From: Burkholderiales bacterium
GTDB taxonomy: Bacteria > Pseudomonadota > Gammaproteobacteria > Burkholderiales > SG8-41
Assembly (NCBI GenBank): GCA_019744975.1
Contig: JAIETP010000008.1
Location: 5,549 to 69,548 of the forward strand
Direction: 5' to 3'
Length of the DNA stretch: 64,000 nt
The notes beneath the pieces are model-generated. The model was not told the DNA's origin. It was given only the letters and a program-made list of their open reading frames with translations, and ran no database searches. Below, piece after piece: positions 18,341 through 28,994 of the stretch. The position numbers and the translations under genes were made by a program. The first letter of the stretch is position 1. Each line of letters opens with the position of its first letter.

Positions 18341-20478
18341 TCACTGGCTTCCGCCGCCTTGATCAGTGCGGTGGCGTCTTTGTCCAGCAGGAATCCGGAT
18401 GCCTTTGCGGTTTCGGTTGCCTTGCGCACCGCAGCCACGAATCCCGCATGGTCGCCGTAACGTTCCTCGAGTGAGGGCCTCGGGTCCTTGTTGGCTTCGC
18501 GTTCGGTTTTGGTTCTGGCGAAGGGAATCATGCCGCCGGCGTAATTGCAGAGTTGCCCAGCGTGGAAGGGCCGTGCGCCGCCGGCAGTGATGTTCCATCC
18601 GAGATAGGTGCCCAGCGGGGCTTCCAGCAATACCACGGGGATGCCGCCCACTTCGTTGCCGTCCGCGTTGACCTTCGGCACGAGCATTTTCAAGACCTGT
18701 TTTATTTTTGGCGGAGCATTGTCCGGGATGCCTGCGGCGTCGTTCGGATCAAACCGCGGGCCCCAGTCGTAATCCAGCAGCGGGTTGATCAGCTCGGCTT
18801 CGGGTGCGGTGGCTCGGAGGCCCGGCAGCGTCGGGAAACCCATCGCCGCCTTGTTCGGCGCCACGAGCTGGCCGGCGCTGATCGTCGGATAACGGCTTGG
18901 CGGCGGCGCGACATCCTTCATCACCCAGTCGCGAAAGTGCACGGTGATCGCGCGCCAGGGTTCATCATGGGACAGCGGGTTGGCCGGCAGCACGGCGTTG
19001 CCCCAGTTGTTGCCGGGGCAGTCGACAGGTTTCGCGGTTTTGTGGAATTCAGCGAGGCTCGCGTTGAAGCCGCCGCGCCCGCCGCCGTGGGTGCTGCTGG
19101 CGATGTAGTAGCGGCGCACGTTGTCGGGCATGGGAATGTCTTCTTTTGGATCGGTGCCCACCCATTCGGGCCCAAGTTTCAGCGCCCAGATTTCAGCGGC
19201 GCCAAAGTGTTCGATGATTTTCGGGCAGGTCTTTGTTGCCATGCAGCGGTCCTGGATGCTGCGCGCGGGCAGATTGCGCGCGCGGTCGGGCCAGGGTTGC
19301 CACCACTGCGGGCCTTCGCTGCCGGCCTGGTAGAGCTCGAGTACGCCGTCGGGTTGCGCCCAGCGGAAATTCAGCGCGATGCGCCGCCCGGCGATGACCG
19401 GCCACATGCCGTCGTGGACGCGGCGCGCAGTCGAACCCTGTTTATTTTCCTCCTGGTTGAAGCCGAGGTGCAGCCAGCCGCGCAGATAGTTGCCGGATTG
19501 TGAACGGCCGCGCGCGATGCTGTGGGTGATGCGCCCGGCGAGAGGGTTGGGGGTGCCGGCGTCATCCTGTTTTGCGTATTTGAAAAATGCGCCAAGGTCG
19601 CGCCAGGCGGCAAAACCGATGCCCAGCGGGTAGGGGTCTTTGGCGGTGTAGACCACTTGATAGAGTTTTGCCGCGTTGAAGCCGCCTTTCAGGCAGATCT
19701 GCACCGGCAGCCTTGTCAATGCGACCGGTTCATCGTAGGTTCCACCGCCGCAGAATTTCCAGTCGGCCGCGTCGATGGCGGTTTCGCCTTTTACCTTGCC
19801 GTCCAGCGTTTCGTGGTCGCGCGAGACCAGCGTGGCTTTTGTGGTGTCGAGGCTCGCCGGCATGTATGGCACCGGGTTGGTCTGCACGATCAGCGGCTGC
19901 GCGCCGGCGCCGCCGCGATTGATGATCCGCGCGAACACCGGGCCGGTAACCGGTGAGCCATCGGCATTTTTGGCAATCGGCAATTGCAGCCAGTGGTTGC
20001 CGCCGGCCGTCATGGTGGCGCGCACTGCCGTGCCGAGGGTCGGGCTCATGCCGGCGTTGTCACCCTGCCATGCGGTGGCGAGGCCGATGTCGCCGAATTC
20101 GCGCTCCTGGGTCGAGATCAACACCGGGCGGCCGCGGTTGGGCACTTCATGCCACAAGAGGCCGCTGGCCTTGCTCATGTCGACGGGCCTGGTGATGACG
20201 AAGGTGGCGACGTAACGTACCTTGCCGTCAGGGTCGCGCACGAGCTGGATGTCCTGGATCAGGCGGTTCAGCGGGTCGGCGGGGTCGAGTTCACCAAAGG
20301 CGCGACCGGCAATCTGTTCGTACTGGCCGGCGCCGCCCCAGGAGCCGCAGCTGTTGCCTTTGCAGAATGCGGGTGACACCGTTTCGTCGATCACGATGCG
20401 GGTGACGCGTGCCTGCGCGGGTGCGGCAAAGATCAATGCCGCAGCAATGGCGGCAGCCAGCGAATGACGGCTGTTCAT
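18328..20478 (-). CDS. Secreted alpha/beta-hydrolase domain protein
   Basis: Signal peptide AQARVTRIVI; GELDPADP, GRSQSG nucleophile-like motif, DPRPSLEERY C-terminal motif. Confidence 0.85.
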   Translation of the reverse strand: MNSRHSLAAAIAAALIFAAPAQARVTRIVIDETVSPAFCKGNSCGSWGGAGQYEQIAGRAFGELDPADPLNRLIQDIQLVRDPDGKVRYVATFVITRPVDMSKASGLLWHEVPNRGRPVLISTQEREFGDIGLATAWQGDNAGMSPTLGTAVRATMTAGGNHWLQLPIAKNADGSPVTGPVFARIINRGGAGAQPLIVQTNPVPYMPASLDTTKATLVSRDHETLDGKVKGETAIDAADWKFCGGGTYDEPVALTRLPVQICLKGGFNAAKLYQVVYTAKDPYPLGIGFAAWRDLGAFFKYAKQDDAGTPNPLAGRITHSIARGRSQSGNYLRGWLHLGFNQEENKQGSTARRVHDGMWPVIAGRRIALNFRWAQPDGVLELYQAGSEGPQWWQPWPDRARNLPARSIQDRCMATKTCPKIIEHFGAAEIWALKLGPEWVGTDPKEDIPMPDNVRRYYIASSTHGGGRGGFNASLAEFHKTAKPVDCPGNNWGNAVLPANPLSHDEPWRAITVHFRDWVMKDVAPPPSRYPTISAGQLVAPNKAAMGFPTLPGLRATAPEAELINPLLDYDWGPRFDPNDAAGIPDNAPPKIKQVLKMLVPKVNADGNEVGGIPVVLLEAPLGTYLGWNITAGGARPFHAGQLCNYAGGMIPFARTKTEREANKDPRPSLEERYGDHAGFVAAVRKATETAKASGFLLDKDATALIKAAEASDVLK

Positions 20479-20647
20479 GGAACTCCTCCGGACATGGCCG
20501 CTGAGCATTTTTTTTCAGTCACTTTACCGCAATTCGCGGCGCAGGCTGCGCTAAGATTGGGTGTCGGGTGGGTAACCACTGAAATGCAATCACTGCAATG
20601 CGGTCGCCGCCGACGCGGCCGCCATCATGCGGCAACAGGAGAGGTGA

Positions 20648-21637
20648 ATGAATACGGAAATGTGCAAACCATTACAGGCGCTTGCTGCGCTGACACTGCT
20701 GATGCTTTCGGGGATCGCGGCAGTGCAGGCGGCAGAGGCGAAATATCCGACACGTCCGGTGCGCATGCTGATCAGTTATCCGCCCGGCGGCCCCAGTGAC
20801 CTGACTGCGCGCCTGGTCGCGCCGCATCTGACCGAATCCCTCGGTCAGCAGTTCATCATCGACAACCGGGGCGGCGCCGGCGGCACGCTGGCGGTCACCT
20901 TGCTGACGCAGTCAACACCCGATGGTTATACCCTGCTGATGTCGGCGGGCGGTGAGATTGTCATTGCGCCGAATCTACGCTCGAAGCTGCCCTATGACCC
21001 GACGAAGGACATCATTCCGATCAGCCGCGTTGGTTCGAGCCAGCTGGTGCTGGTGGTGCATCCCTCGGTCGCGGCGAAGTCGGTGAAGGAACTGGTGGCG
21101 CTGGCGAAAACAAAGCCGGGGACGATCAATTTTGCGTCGGCCGGCTCGGGTTCGACGGCGCATCTCGCCGGTGAGCAGTTCAAATATCTCGCCGGCATCG
21201 ACATCGTGCATGTGCCGTATAAAGGGGCGGGTCCTGCGTTGAGCGATTTGATCGGCGGCCAGGTGCAGATGCTGATCAGTGCCTATTCCTCGGCGTTTGC
21301 GCACATCAAGGCGGGCAAGCTGCGCCCGCTGGGCGTCACCGGCTTGAAGCGTATTGCGTCGGCCCCCGATCTGCCGACCATCGCCGAGACCGTGCCCGGT
21401 TATGAAGTATTGTCCTGGTATGGCCTGCATGCGCCCAAGGGTACGCCGCCCGCGGTGATCAGTCGCTTGCACCGGGAACTCGCGACCATCGTCCGCAAGC
21501 CGGAGATTTCAGAGCGCCTGGCCGGACTGGGCGTAGAACCCGAGGGCAATTCACCGCAGGAATTCCTGGCCCAGATCAAGACTGAGATTGCTGCCTGGGG
21601 CAAGGTGATTACGGCGGCGAAGATTCCGAAAGAGTAG
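20648..21637 (+). CDS. Bug/TctC substrate-binding protein
   Basis: YPTRPVRM, PDGYTLL, HVPYKG. Confidence 0.95.
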   Translation: MNTEMCKPLQALAALTLLMLSGIAAVQAAEAKYPTRPVRMLISYPPGGPSDLTARLVAPHLTESLGQQFIIDNRGGAGGTLAVTLLTQSTPDGYTLLMSAGGEIVIAPNLRSKLPYDPTKDIIPISRVGSSQLVLVVHPSVAAKSVKELVALAKTKPGTINFASAGSGSTAHLAGEQFKYLAGIDIVHVPYKGAGPALSDLIGGQVQMLISAYSSAFAHIKAGKLRPLGVTGLKRIASAPDLPTIAETVPGYEVLSWYGLHAPKGTPPAVISRLHRELATIVRKPEISERLAGLGVEPEGNSPQEFLAQIKTEIAAWGKVITAAKIPKE

Positions 21638-21711
21638 GGCTGACTGGGGAAACGGTGTGGCGGGCTGCGCGGTGAATTATCCGTGCAATAACCCGCACGC
21701 GCGACGAATCA

Positions 21712-22320
21712 TCAGCGCAAAAGCCCGCTCATTTCGAATTTCAGATACAGCTCGCGGCACACCCAGGCATCGGTCGCTGCATAAATGATTTGCGCGGGCG
21801 TCAGTTGCGGTGCCGACCAGTTGGTGGTTTTGGCGCCTTTGGGAATGCGGTAACCGAGGAAAATGCCGGCGAGGTTGCGCACGCCGCTTTGACCATAATC
21901 GTGGCGTTTGGCGACCTGGCCCAGGTCGACCACGTGTTTTTCCGCGAACGGAAACACCTGTTTCAGCGTGCGCAGATCATAGGCCAGCGCAACGCCGGCC
22001 TTGGCTGTCTCCTGTGCCTGAAGCATCTCGGTGATCACGGCGTGGGTGTCCGGGTAACGCAGCGGGAAAATGTAGGCCATGCTCGCGGTGGCGACCTGCA
22101 CGATGCTCGGCAGGTAACTTTCGCCCTTGCGGAAAGCGGGCCGGGTTTCGGTATCGAGACCGACCACACGTTCGTTGCGGATGTCGGTCAGGGCGGCGAA
22201 CAGCAGCGCGGGTGTGTCGACCAGTGTCACCGGGCCTTCGTAACGGCGTACCGGCAGCACGTTGAGGTCGTCGCGCGAGATTGCGCGTGCGGTTTCGGTT
22301 TGCGGGCCGGGGTTGTTCAT
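21712..22320 (-). CDS. 3'-5' exonuclease (DEDDy, RNase D/WRN-like)
   Basis: VVGLDTETRP, TNWSAPQLTPAQIIYAATDAW. Confidence 0.92.
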   Translation of the reverse strand: MNNPGPQTETARAISRDDLNVLPVRRYEGPVTLVDTPALLFAALTDIRNERVVGLDTETRPAFRKGESYLPSIVQVATASMAYIFPLRYPDTHAVITEMLQAQETAKAGVALAYDLRTLKQVFPFAEKHVVDLGQVAKRHDYGQSGVRNLAGIFLGYRIPKGAKTTNWSAPQLTPAQIIYAATDAWVCRELYLKFEMSGLLR

Positions 22321-22389
22321 CAGGAGTGGGAGAGTAACAGGTGGCGCGCGTGGTACAGTAATTATCTGCGATGACGGCAAGGAGGGGAC

Positions 22390-23136
22390 ATGGCGCAGCG
22401 GGTGATCGGGTGGTTTTTGTGTCTGGCAGTGCTGCTGCTGTCTGCCTGCGCGCAGCTGCCGGTCTACACCACGCTGCCGGTGGACGTGAAACCCTCGCCC
22501 AATGCCGGCGAGCGGCGGCCCAATTACGTGATCATCCATCACACCACCAATGACACGGCAGAACGCGCACTGGCCACGCTGACCAATCCTGCGCTTGGGG
22601 TCAGCGCGCATTACCTGATTGCACGAGACGGCCGGATCATTTACCTGGTGGACGAACTAAAACGCGCCTGGCATGCCGGTGATTCGTACTGGGGCGGCAA
22701 CCGCGACCTCAATTCCTCGTCGATCGGCATCGAACTCGACAACAACGGGCGCGAACCTTTTGCCGAAGCGCAGATCGTCGCGCTGATCGCATTGCTCGCG
22801 GATCTGAAATCGCGCTGGAATATTCCGGCGGCCAATTTTCTGGGCCACGGTGATGTGGCGCCGGGGCGAAAAGTCGACCCGAGTGCATTTTTTCCGTGGC
22901 AACGGCTGGCTGCGGCGGGTTTCGGTTTGTGGTGCGAGCCGCCCTTCGATGCGGCGCCCGCGGGTGCGGACGATACGACGCTGCTCAGTGCGCTGGGTTA
23001 CGACGTGACGGTGCCGTGGTCGGCGGTGGCGGCGTTCAAACGCCACTGGGCGGTGGAGGATACCGCGCCGGAGCTGACCCCCGAGCAGCGTGGCCTGTTG
23101 CAGTGCCTGATCCGCAAGCAGCAGGCGGGCGGTTAA
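22390..23136 (+). CDS. N-acetylmuramoyl-L-alanine amidase (Amidase_2, AmiD-like lipoprotein)
   Basis: LLSAC lipobox, IIHHT, VSAHYLI, RAWHAG, SIGIELDN, GHGDVAPGRKVDP. Confidence 0.93.
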   Translation: MAQRVIGWFLCLAVLLLSACAQLPVYTTLPVDVKPSPNAGERRPNYVIIHHTTNDTAERALATLTNPALGVSAHYLIARDGRIIYLVDELKRAWHAGDSYWGGNRDLNSSSIGIELDNNGREPFAEAQIVALIALLADLKSRWNIPAANFLGHGDVAPGRKVDPSAFFPWQRLAAAGFGLWCEPPFDAAPAGADDTTLLSALGYDVTVPWSAVAAFKRHWAVEDTAPELTPEQRGLLQCLIRKQQAGG

Positions 23137-23248
23137 ATTATTTTTAAAAACAACATGTTATAAACACATGCGTGACCTGGGTGTGGCGACATGTTGACGG
23201 AGGTAGTGTGTTACACTTCTCGGCAATTTGTCATACACAGGTGTTTCC

Positions 23249-23503
23249 ATGCCATTGTCAGTACGTATCCCGCAAGCCGTGGAGCAAGAGCTTGCCGAAT
23301 ACTGCATCAAGCATCGGGTTTCAAAAAGTGATGCGGTAAAGCAGGCGCTGGATGAATTCCTGGCGATCAAGGCCGGTGATCGTTCGCCGTACGAACTGGC
23401 TCGGGATTTGATTGCGCCTGATACCGATGAGCGTCCTACCGAGGACGTTGCCCGCAATACCAAGCGCCTGTTGCGTGAACGTTTCCGCGGCAAAGGCAAG
23501 TGA
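23249..23503 (+). CDS. RHH/CopG-type antitoxin
   Basis: PLSVRIP...SKSDAVKQAL; GTGA overlap with the PIN gene. Confidence 0.8.
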   Translation: MPLSVRIPQAVEQELAEYCIKHRVSKSDAVKQALDEFLAIKAGDRSPYELARDLIAPDTDERPTEDVARNTKRLLRERFRGKGK

Positions 23504-23913
23504 ACAGGGTCCTGGTCGATACCGGTTTTCTGGCGGCCTTGTTCCGCCGCAACGACCGCCAGCGTGCGGCTGCCCGCGATTACCTGATTGCGCACCGGCA
23601 TCCGCTGATTACTGTTTCTGCAGTGATCGTCGAGGCGTGTTTTTTTCTGGATCCCCGGGGTAAAAGTGATCTGTTGCAATGGGTGCAGCGTGGCGGTGTC
23701 GCGGTTGTTGATATCCCCGTTTCCGCTTATGCCTCAATCGAGGTGTTGATTCGCAAGTATGCGGATCGCGATATTGATTTCACGGATGCTGCGCTGGTCT
23801 GGCTGGCGCTCGAATCAGGTTTGCGTGAAATACTGACAGTCGATGAAAAAGACTTCACTGTTTTCCGGTTGAAGGCCGGCAAGCGATTTGACATCGTGCC
23901 GTGGATGCGCTGA
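23500..23913 (+). CDS. PIN-domain VapC toxin
   Basis: VLVDTGFL, VIVEA, DFTDAAL, ILTVDEKDF. Confidence 0.9.
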   Translation: MNRVLVDTGFLAALFRRNDRQRAAARDYLIAHRHPLITVSAVIVEACFFLDPRGKSDLLQWVQRGGVAVVDIPVSAYASIEVLIRKYADRDIDFTDAALVWLALESGLREILTVDEKDFTVFRLKAGKRFDIVPWMR

Positions 23914-23972
23914 AACCGGCGATTGTTCCCGGTTAGAATGCACTGACTGCACCCGTTCCCGGAGGAGGGTTC

Positions 23973-24656
23973 ATGACGGTGAAGCTTGGGCTGATGGTGC
24001 CCGCCAACAATACGACCATGGAACCGGAACTGCTCGACTGGCTGCCCGGTTCGCAGTGCCGTACGCTGCGCATTCCGCGCGGCAAGGGCCTGCTCGGTCC
24101 CGCGGAAATTCCCGCTTATGTCGCGCAGGCGCTGGAACTGGCCCGCGATTACGATCCGGCGCAAACCGATATCGTGGCCTATGGCTGCACCGCCGCCGGA
24201 TTTATCGGCGGCCCGGTGCGGGATGCGGAAATCCAGCAAAAACTCGCGGCGATTACCGGCAAACCGGTGGTGACCACCGCCGGCGCGATGATCGAGGCGC
24301 TGCGCCACATCGGCGCCCGGCGTATTGCCGTGGTGACGCCGTACCTGGACCTGGTCAATGAACGCCTGCGCGCCTACCTGGAACAATCCGGCATCACCGT
24401 GCTGCAACTGGCGAGTTTTAATGCGGAAACCACGGATGAACTCGGGGCGATTACGCCGGAGCAGATCACGGCGCTGGCGCGCGAGACCATGACGCCGGAC
24501 GCCGATGCACTGTTCATCGCCTGTTCGCAGTTGCCGACCCGCGACATCATGCCGCGGCTGGAACGCGAGTTCGGCAAACCGGTGTGGTCGTCGATCAAAG
24601 CCACGGCCTGGAATGCGGAACGGGTGCTGACGGGTAAGGCGGCTCTTGCAGTCTGA
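23973..24656 (+). CDS. Maleate cis-trans isomerase / Asp-Glu racemase family protein
   Basis: VPANNTTMEPE, YGCT, VVTPY, IACS; both catalytic Cys present. Confidence 0.88.
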   Translation: MTVKLGLMVPANNTTMEPELLDWLPGSQCRTLRIPRGKGLLGPAEIPAYVAQALELARDYDPAQTDIVAYGCTAAGFIGGPVRDAEIQQKLAAITGKPVVTTAGAMIEALRHIGARRIAVVTPYLDLVNERLRAYLEQSGITVLQLASFNAETTDELGAITPEQITALARETMTPDADALFIACSQLPTRDIMPRLEREFGKPVWSSIKATAWNAERVLTGKAALAV

Positions 24657-24673
24657 ATAAAATAACCAGGGGA

Positions 24674-25648
24674 GTGATGATGCGTTCCATGTTGAAGGCG
24701 GTGGCGGCGGCTGTATTCGCTGCGTTGTCCTGCACGGCGCCGGCGCAGAACTTTCCGGCGAAACCGGTGCGTATCGTCGTGCCCTTTCCGCCGGGCGGTG
24801 GCGTGGATATCGTCGCGCGCGTGGTCGGACCCAGACTCTCCGCGCAGTACGGCCAGCAGGTGATTGTCGAAAACCGCGCCGGTGCGGCGGGCATCATCGG
24901 CACCGAATTCACCGCGCGCGCCGCGCCCGATGGTTACACCTGGGCGATCGCGACGCTGGGCAATCTCGCGGCGAACAAACACCTGTATCCGAAAATGGCG
25001 GTGGATCCGCTGAAGGATCTGGCGGCGGTGACGCAGGTGGTGGATGTGCACTTCGTGATGGTGGCGCATCCCTCGCTGCCGGCGAAAACCGTGCCGCAGC
25101 TGATTGCGCTGGCGAAGGCGCGTCCCGGTGAAATCACCTTTGCGTCTTCAGGGGCGGGCGGCGCGCCGCACTTGGGCGGGGAACTCTTCAACCGCCTCGC
25201 CGGCGTCAAAATCATCCATGTGTCGTACAAGGGCAGCGGTCCGAGTTTTGCCGACCTGCTTGGCGGGCATGTGTCGCTGACCTACGACAGCATGCTGCAG
25301 GCCTTGCCGTACATCCGTGACAAAAAACTGGTGGCGCTGGGTGTGCTCGGCGGCAAACGCGCCGCGGCGCTGCCCGATGTGCCGACGATCGCCGAGCAGG
25401 GCGTGAAGGGTTACGAGCTGACCAACTGGTTCGGGCTGGTGGTGCCGTCCGCCACACCGAAAGACCTGATCACACGCATCCATGGCGATTTCACCCGGGT
25501 GCTGCAGGAAAAGGACATCCGCGACAAGATTGCCGGCATGGGTGCCGACGTGGTGGGCAATTCGCCGGAACAGTTCGCGGCGTTCTGGCGCAACGAATCG
25601 GAGAAGTGGGGGCGGGTGATTCGTGAGGCGGGGATTAAAGCTGAATGA
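24674..25648 (+). CDS. Bug/TctC substrate-binding protein
   Basis: FPAKPVRIVVPFPPGG, PDGYT, HVSYKG. Confidence 0.95.
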   Translation: MMMRSMLKAVAAAVFAALSCTAPAQNFPAKPVRIVVPFPPGGGVDIVARVVGPRLSAQYGQQVIVENRAGAAGIIGTEFTARAAPDGYTWAIATLGNLAANKHLYPKMAVDPLKDLAAVTQVVDVHFVMVAHPSLPAKTVPQLIALAKARPGEITFASSGAGGAPHLGGELFNRLAGVKIIHVSYKGSGPSFADLLGGHVSLTYDSMLQALPYIRDKKLVALGVLGGKRAAALPDVPTIAEQGVKGYELTNWFGLVVPSATPKDLITRIHGDFTRVLQEKDIRDKIAGMGADVVGNSPEQFAAFWRNESEKWGRVIREAGIKAE

Positions 25649-25732
25649 TGAGTGAGGAGTGATGAATGCGGAGTACAGGCAGAACCGCTTTTCGCTCATC
25701 ACTCATCATTCATCGCTCATCATTAGCATTGC
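25642..25732. repeat. Inverted arrays of 7-bp repeats (TGATGAG.. / ..CTCATCA) between convergent genes
   Basis: tgaatgatgagtgaggagtgatgaatg ... ctcatcactcatcattcatcgctcatcattagc. Confidence 0.75.
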
Positions 25733-26428
25733 TCAACGCAAAGCGTTGAGCAATGCAAGCGCCTTGTCCATCGAGAATCTGCGCGTGTCCGGGCTGTAGG
25801 CCTTGGCATTCTCCGGCATCATGTAGCCGTGCAGGATGCCGGGGAAGATGTGCACTTCCAGACTGGCCAGGGTTTTGGCTTTTTCAACGTAAGCGGCCAG
25901 CACATCCGGTGGCGCGGCAGTGTCCTTGTCACCCCAGATCAGGCACACCGGTTTGCTCAGGCCGTCGAATTCCTGGAGGAAATCTTTCATCTGCGTGCTG
26001 TGGCAGCCGATGCCGGCGTCGTAACCGAGACGTTTCGGGCCGAGGATCGCGTACGGCCCGCCGAAACAGAAACCCATCGCGACGGCGCGGCCGTTGTGCT
26101 GTTTCAACTGGCGCACGGCGAGCAGCGTGTCGGCCATGTCGGTTTCACCGGACTTCAGCACGGGCATGCGCGGTTGCGAGCGTTGTCCGGCGCGTTCGTC
26201 TTCACGCGGCAACGGGCCGGGGATGGTGCGCCAGAACAGGTCGGGCGCCGCGGCGATATAACCCGCAGCGGCAAACTCGTCGGCAATGCCGCAGATGTCG
26301 GCATTGACGCCGTGTACGGCAGAGGCCAGCACGATGGCCGGCACCTTGTTGTTGCCGGCGGGTTTGGCGACATAGCAGTCGAATTCGCCGTTGTTGCGCG
26401 AGCGGACCTTGATGGTTTTGCCGGCCAT
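25733..26428 (-). CDS. Dienelactone hydrolase family protein
   Basis: APDLFWR, GFCFGG nucleophile, GDKD, HGY. Confidence 0.9.
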   Translation of the reverse strand: MAGKTIKVRSRNNGEFDCYVAKPAGNNKVPAIVLASAVHGVNADICGIADEFAAAGYIAAAPDLFWRTIPGPLPREDERAGQRSQPRMPVLKSGETDMADTLLAVRQLKQHNGRAVAMGFCFGGPYAILGPKRLGYDAGIGCHSTQMKDFLQEFDGLSKPVCLIWGDKDTAAPPDVLAAYVEKAKTLASLEVHIFPGILHGYMMPENAKAYSPDTRRFSMDKALALLNALR

Positions 26429-26435
26429 GGGCGGC

Positions 26436-26780
26436 TCAGTCGATCGCGAGGAGTTCGACTTCGAACACCAGCGTGGCGTTCGGCGGGATCACGCCGCCGG
26501 CACCGCGCGCGCCGTAACCGAGTGCCGGCGGAATCGTCAGTTTGCGTTTGCCGCCGATTTTCATGCCCTGCACGCCTTCGTCCCAGCCGCGGATCACGCG
26601 GCCGCCGCCCAGCGGAAACACGAAGGGATCATCGCGGTCCTTGCTCGAATCAAATTTTTTGCCGTCGGTGAGCCAGCCGGTGTAATGCACGGTGACTTCG
26701 ATGCCGGCGGTCGCTTCCGCGCCGTCGCCGGTGACGAGGTCTTCGATGATCAGTCCGCTTGCGGTGGTGGTCGATGCCAT
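26436..26780 (-). CDS. FKBP-type peptidyl-prolyl cis-trans isomerase
   Basis: [38 protein letters not shown]. Confidence 0.97.
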   Translation of the reverse strand: MASTTTASGLIIEDLVTGDGAEATAGIEVTVHYTGWLTDGKKFDSSKDRDDPFVFPLGGGRVIRGWDEGVQGMKIGGKRKLTIPPALGYGARGAGGVIPPNATLVFEVELLAID

Positions 26781-26887
26781 GGATGTGCCCTGTTGAGAAT
26801 CGGATGGAGGCTGCATTATAAGCCTCGCGGGAGGGCGCTGAACCCGGCCCGGCATTTTTCCCATTTGCGCCGCTTCTATTGGGCCCT

Positions 26888-27424
26888 CTACTTGCGCATG
26901 TTCTGGTAACGCTGCGTAGCCAGCGTGATGCGGCCCCAGTCGATGGTGGTGGTGGTGCCGTCGAGTTTGACGGTGAAATCCTTGAAGTCCCATTCCGCGA
27001 ACTTCGAGGGATAACGCGAGCGGTGGGCCTTGATGGTTTCGCTGCGGCTGCGCGCCGGCGGGCCGTATTTTTTGGTGAGTGTTTCCAGCGCCGTGCCCTG
27101 TCCCTGGATGCCCCAGGTGTTGATGTGGATGGCTTCGATGATGCCGTTGACCACCTCGACCATCATTTCACCGCGCGCCCAGGGCGTGGACGAGGTGTGT
27201 GGGTAGAACAGGTGATATTGCTCGGCGCCCCAGGCGGTTTTTGCGGTCAGCGATTCGGCGTAGCAGTGGCGTTTGGTCATGGTGTCTTCGCCGCGCGCAC
27301 AGGCGGGGTAGAGAAAACGCGTGCCGAGTTCGACGTCGAACATGGTTTTGGCGGGATCGGCGGCGCCGGCGGTGGCGGGGAGCAGAAGCAGCGCGAGGAT
27401 CGGCAGATGGCGCATTGTTTTCAT
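26888..27424 (-). CDS. Hypothetical secreted protein
   Basis: Signal peptide, one Cys pair, genome-typical codon use. Confidence 0.7.
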   Translation of the reverse strand: MKTMRHLPILALLLLPATAGAADPAKTMFDVELGTRFLYPACARGEDTMTKRHCYAESLTAKTAWGAEQYHLFYPHTSSTPWARGEMMVEVVNGIIEAIHINTWGIQGQGTALETLTKKYGPPARSRSETIKAHRSRYPSKFAEWDFKDFTVKLDGTTTTIDWGRITLATQRYQNMRK

Positions 27425-27469
27425 TGGCGGCATGATACGCGGATATCAGATCAGACAGGGGAGCCGGTC

Positions 27470-27748
27470 TTGGGTTCATGGCAGGTGTATATCGCGCGTT
27501 GCGCCGACGGCACGCTGTATACAGGCATCGCGCGTGATGTCGAAAAGCGCATCGCCGAACACAACACCGGCAAGGGCGCGGCAGCCAGCTATACGCGCGC
27601 GCGGCGGCCGGTGGTGCTGGCGTACCAGGAGCCGGCGGCCGACCGCTCCTCGGCGAGCAAACGCGAATACCAGATCAAGCAGTTGAGCCGTGCGGAAAAG
27701 CTGGCGTTAGTACTCGCTTCAGGCGGCAGCAGGACGACTTCGACTTAG
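27470..27748 (+). CDS. GIY-YIG nuclease family protein (YhbQ/UPF0213-like)
   Basis: WQVYIARCADGTLYTGIARD...HNTGKGA..YTRARRP..ASKREYQIK; TTG start. Confidence 0.9.
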   Translation: MGSWQVYIARCADGTLYTGIARDVEKRIAEHNTGKGAAASYTRARRPVVLAYQEPAADRSSASKREYQIKQLSRAEKLALVLASGGSRTTST

Positions 27749-28900
27749 CAGCATCACCAGCAGCAATGCGGCCGCGCCCCAGCAGGCCGCCGGCAGATAC
27801 ATCAGCGCCTGCTGCAGCCCGGTGTCCTGGTTGAGTTGTGTGGCGATCATCAGGATGCGCAGCATCGCGGCGAAGGCGAACATCGAGAACATGCCGCCGG
27901 TGGCATAACCCTCGCGACCGCTGCGCCCGAGCAGGATAGCCGCGCCGAAGGCGCCAAACATCACCGCGGCCCATGCCGCCCCCGCGGCAAGTTGCGCGGC
28001 GATCAACAGGCCCAGCGATCCGGCTTGCGTGGCATAAGCGACGGCGAGTGCGCCGACCGCGGCACCGGCAGCGAGCACTTTGAAGTCACCATGGCGGCGG
28101 ATCAAATACGTCAGCGGCAGCATCGCGAGGTTGAATCCCACCCAGAACACGGGCATCAGCTGACCGAGTTCGGCAGCGGGCACAAAACGCAGGTATTGCG
28201 GCGCCGAACTCAGTGAAAAATGCACCTGGAAACCCAGCGCGGTGAGCGCAACAATGGCGAGGAATGCGGCAATCGGCAGCGGTTTGCGCTCAGGCGTTTC
28301 CGGCAGCGGTGCGGCTGCCGTCGCGAGATGGCGTTCCGCCCAGGCCAGGGCCCATGCGGCGACTGCCACTGCGATCGACGCCAGGGCGAAGGGCAGCCGG
28401 GCATCGGTGTCGCGCAACACGCCGGTGAGGTAGGGCGCGATCGCGCCGGCGATGCCGAAGCCGAACAACCACAGTCCGGCGATGGCGGGTTGCGCGCCGG
28501 CGCCGGCGTATTTGCTGATCAGCATCAGCGGCGGCGCGCGCAGCGCCGACGAGGTGACGGTCCACAAAAAAGTCAGGCCGAGGAACAGCAGCGGGCTGGC
28601 CAGCGGTGCGGCAAACGGCAGCAGCAGGAAGGCGAACGCGGAGAGCAGAGTGATCAGCGCCAGCCGTGGTCCGAGTGTGCCGACGATGCGCGACATGCGG
28701 TCGGCTTTTGCGCCCATCAGCCAGTCGGCAATCATGAACACCAGCTGGTCGGCGATGAGTATCCACAGGATCCACGACTTGGGGATGCCGGCTTCAGCGG
28801 CGAGCCGCGGCAGGAAAATGACATAGACCGTCCACGCCAGCGTGAAAAAAAGCTGCAGCAGTGCGAAATAAATCCCAACGTGTCGGGTAATGGGAGTCAT
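27719..28900 (-). CDS. MFS transporter
   Basis: About 12 hydrophobic segments, GAKADR loop motif. Confidence 0.85.
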   Translation of the reverse strand: MTPITRHVGIYFALLQLFFTLAWTVYVIFLPRLAAEAGIPKSWILWILIADQLVFMIADWLMGAKADRMSRIVGTLGPRLALITLLSAFAFLLLPFAAPLASPLLFLGLTFLWTVTSSALRAPPLMLISKYAGAGAQPAIAGLWLFGFGIAGAIAPYLTGVLRDTDARLPFALASIAVAVAAWALAWAERHLATAAAPLPETPERKPLPIAAFLAIVALTALGFQVHFSLSSAPQYLRFVPAAELGQLMPVFWVGFNLAMLPLTYLIRRHGDFKVLAAGAAVGALAVAYATQAGSLGLLIAAQLAAGAAWAAVMFGAFGAAILLGRSGREGYATGGMFSMFAFAAMLRILMIATQLNQDTGLQQALMYLPAACWGAAALLLVMLLSRSRPAAA

Positions 28901-28994
28901 GGTGGCGCCGGCAGTGTGACGAAGCGCGCGGTGTCGGTCAATCGACGGCGGTTTGTTAACATCAATGCTGTAATTCCAAAGGGCAGAACCCACC